Of a DNA stretch of 64,000 bases, positions 62,601 through 64,000 are shown one piece after another. The stretch covers positions 1,015 through 65,014 of the forward strand of contig DASQMM010000267.1 in assembly GCA_035645495.1 (NCBI GenBank). Direction: 5' to 3'. The position numbers and the translations under genes are program-made. Positions within the stretch are counted from its first letter, which is position 1, and every line of letters begins with the position of its first letter. Under the pieces are notes generated by a model that saw only the letters and a list, made by a program, of their open reading frames with translations, was not told the origin of the DNA and ran no database searches. The DNA is from Brevibacillus sp. (GTDB lineage: Bacteria; Bacillota; Bacilli; Brevibacillales; Brevibacillaceae).

Positions 62601-62968
62601 GGCTCCAGGATGCTGCGGTTTTGCAGGACACCGCCGATCTCCGGGTTGGAGAGCAGGACGAATTCGGTGACGGGATCAAGCCCGATCCCTTTGTATTTTT
62701 TGTTGCGATCATGCTCGTTGGTTTCAAACGCGATGAATTCGATATTGTCCGGTTTCTCTTTGCGTTTCTTCGACAGCGGATCGACCGGCAGCTTGAAACG
62801 TCGGTTTACTTGATATTTTAAACGGAGCAGGGCATCGATCCCAGTACCGCCCAATCCGATCACAAGCATGGGGTTGTCGATGGTATCGACACGAATCTTG
62901 TCGCTGACGATACCTCCGCCCAATGATACATCCAATTGCTGAATATGTTCTCTTACGACTGCTTTCAT
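59603..62968 (-). CDS. Tubulin/FtsZ-superfamily (Tubulin_2-like) domain protein, 1121 aa
   Basis: IGLGGTG, GASGVRQAGR and tubulin signature GLSGGTGSG; long helical C-terminal region. Confidence 0.85.
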   Translation of the reverse strand: MKAVVREHIQQLDVSLGGGIVSDKIRVDTIDNPMLVIGLGGTGIDALLRLKYQVNRRFKLPVDPLSKKRKEKPDNIEFIAFETNEHDRNKKYKGIGLDPVTEFVLLSNPEIGGVLQNRSILEPYITDWLSPELTITDGISGASGVRQAGRLLLFTKITQVVQTIEKKIKMLTEGTNKKLTVFLLSGLSGGTGSGCFLDISYIVRGILERDFGSGGVDKVNMLGYLFTPDVNLSNKSLSSHTRDYIMKNGYAALKELDYWMNADERMERFKQQYGNVLNVQSPMPPFNLCHLISATNLEGKALENAYDYCMNVTAENITNFMASEEKRSGEEFAIHDYISNIRTNINQMPKAYAANYQYNVIGASSAVLPIEEMTTYLAYRLFKKMEKMFAVAPSQEDAEKFARKLGIDIDSIAKKFESRVPEPLPGYENSERLNYSNVISQQVVSIDHELEQGYLAKAREEYIKCKKQTPGELMETFREMITRVFLHPQQGPFYASRLIHSDKGFCLMKMILSYVESLKANLESFPREIEGARETAIEKLGDARSAFISKEKKKNSYIEAKINEYQLLADQEKLEQMIEFYEELHRLLNEENNRIYSVFTEILNALNQIFDKNGDILINAEEEMDRTGNKTYYWNIVSVPDVSKVIGNILEQKDADDLIRDFTSELLKHSDQWVKEQELDIVTSISDFLSEKFGELITKSMEEFLVIKYGQDETLDRIVERKIASKLDEEAIPVFHLSNNLGNMHFPSWGFVSVPLKAPSILKGIRNYQDTAISGSRFTVKESEVKNRIFWLNTKNGIPLFVYTPLKVYEESYERTILDREGIGRHLVQTEKNNWAYLPSPIPEKSWGDTYQNARIKEYNASIRELFDKAVRFGSIREKGQDSQTSSRYECVVTKPFELPAADTSKMSPGEIKRLLAELKGHMKDGLPQDFQRDIFGSINEEMAKENLIRYPELIRLMQNEVRKYEAIESKIQELEQIVNAMQGEEELLTRYIEALYTGTISKKGALFVYDRDEEEEAWEPLLNLMKVNKHVEYAVYQQFRSLDHKKMATLQRKASKRSDQMTSAEDTTGLIQRLDEIAASFQAVKNELEYDRDEYVNGEEMFDFYKKVWSKVNDMRRTLQ

Positions 62969-62981
62969 ACTCGTTTCCCCC

Positions 62982-64000
62982 CTAGACGATGTAGTCTACA
63001 AATACGGATTTGTTTACGCTCGACAGAGAAATCTTGATCCTGTCGTTTTTTTTCAATTCCTTGCCCTGACTGACATCCAGCACTCTGCCGCCTTTTTCAA
63101 TCCGGCATGTAGAGCGATTTTCGATGATCAAAGTATCGTTTTTGCCGGGCAGGAATACCACTTTCTCGGTCTCCTGAAATTCCGGAGCCAACTGCAAAAG
63201 CTGGTGCAGCTTGACCTTTCCTTTGAATGCATTCAGCTTCTTGTATTGCGGGTTTGATTTATCTCCGGTGTCCTCGTCGACAATCTCAATGGCAATCTGT
63301 CCGATAAAGCCTTTATTCGCTTTCCGCCATACGGTCAGCAGATAGAAGGCCAATGCAGCCAAGAGGATCACACCGAGAGCCACGATGACGACTGTAAGCC
63401 ACGGGAACGGCTCTTCAGGCGCTGTATTCTCGCCTGCCGGCGGCGGTGTCGGAGTGACTGTGCCGCTGCCTGCTGCCGACGCGTCAATGGTCAATGGCTG
63501 TGTCTCGCGATAAAAGCTGCTGTCCTCTGCCTTGACACTGATCTCGTACTTGTGGTCGGCCGGAATCGTAAAGCTGCCTTCAAAACCGCTGCCGGTATTG
63601 GTGATATCCACTTCACTCGTTTTCTGGTCGGTGAGATCATGGATCAGCAGGGTAGCCTTCATCTGGCTGTACAGATCCGGGCTTGCTACCTTCTGTCCGT
63701 TGCTGACCAGAGCAGCTTTTACAGGGATGACGTCACCTGCTTGATATGTCTTGCTTGCGACCGGCTCCATCTCCAACTGCAGCTCGTAGTTGAAGATCAT
63801 GTTGATGTCGATTTTATCCTGTGGTACCCCTTTTACCTGCAGCTTCCACTCGCCCTGCTGTGGCTTGACGATTTTGAGCATCGTATACGCCGACGAGCGG
63901 GAGAGTCGGACCTGATCGGAAGGGATATGTACTTCCTTGCCCGAAGGATCAAACAATTTTACTTCTACTGCCTTTTGCGACATGATCGAAATATTGGCTT
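62982..64000 (-). CDS. Membrane-anchored protein, C-terminal part (5' end beyond the window)
   Basis: Frame stays open to the window edge (…ANISIMSQK); beta-sandwich repeats, Pro/Thr linker, one TM and a ~110-aa cytoplasmic tail. Confidence 0.8.
   Translation of the reverse strand, partial: ANISIMSQKAVEVKLFDPSGKEVHIPSDQVRLSRSSAYTMLKIVKPQQGEWKLQVKGVPQDKIDINMIFNYELQLEMEPVASKTYQAGDVIPVKAALVSNGQKVASPDLYSQMKATLLIHDLTDQKTSEVDITNTGSGFEGSFTIPADHKYEISVKAEDSSFYRETQPLTIDASAAGSGTVTPTPPPAGENTAPEEPFPWLTVVIVALGVILLAALAFYLLTVWRKANKGFIGQIAIEIVDEDTGDKSNPQYKKLNAFKGKVKLHQLLQLAPEFQETEKVVFLPGKNDTLIIENRSTCRIEKGGRVLDVSQGKELKKNDRIKISLSSVNKSVFVDYIV

Noticed and set aside
61214-62821. 535-aa plus-strand ORF opposite the tubulin-like gene
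   Set aside because: Codon-register antisense frame with atypical composition; no independent evidence
59603-62968. Calling the gene ftsZ or tubZ
   Set aside because: Size, context and missing FtsZ-specific motifs (e.g. NxDFAD) argue against it; no TubR or centromere repeats seen
1-64000. CRISPR arrays, tRNA/rRNA, transposases, prophage genes
   Set aside because: None recognised on reading; short or degenerate elements could have been missed without tools

Overview
Moderate-GC Bacillota chromosomal DNA. Gene content and style suggest Brevibacillus or a close Paenibacillaceae relative (inference, no database search). Most of the window is ordinary metabolism and transport: a sigma54-controlled organic-acid catabolic operon (tartrate-dehydrogenase family, ALDH, SDR, TRAP, FAD-linked oxidase) next to a divergent fhs; a decayed acoR-aldB-DUF779-like locus; a DEAD-box helicase; two two-component systems; a LevR-type regulated chitobiose/cellobiose PTS operon; aas-lplT; recQ; fumC; mgtC; MATE; a purine/nucleoside ABC-salvage operon behind a DUF2294-like gene and a candidate attenuator; a SAM-I riboswitch-metQNI operon; and a Fur-boxed yclNOPQ-type siderophore importer. 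The most notable part is the last 12.5 kb (51501 to >64000, minus strand). This tightly coupled operon of at least 7 genes encodes a membrane-anchored protein cut by the window edge, an 1121-aa tubulin/FtsZ-fold GTPase-like protein, a degenerate tubulin-like paralog, a membrane vWA protein, a small beta-rich protein, a Zn-ribbon TRAFAC GTPase and a membrane-anchored GAP1-like protein. It resembles computationally predicted GTPase/GAP1/vWA/tubulin conflict systems for which I know no experimental function. Other leads are a ~210-nt nested-hairpin intergenic element, the DUF2294-linked terminator/antiterminator, an adenine-deaminase homolog lacking the usual catalytic Glu, and a probable CTG start codon. 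All family calls come from motif recognition by eye.
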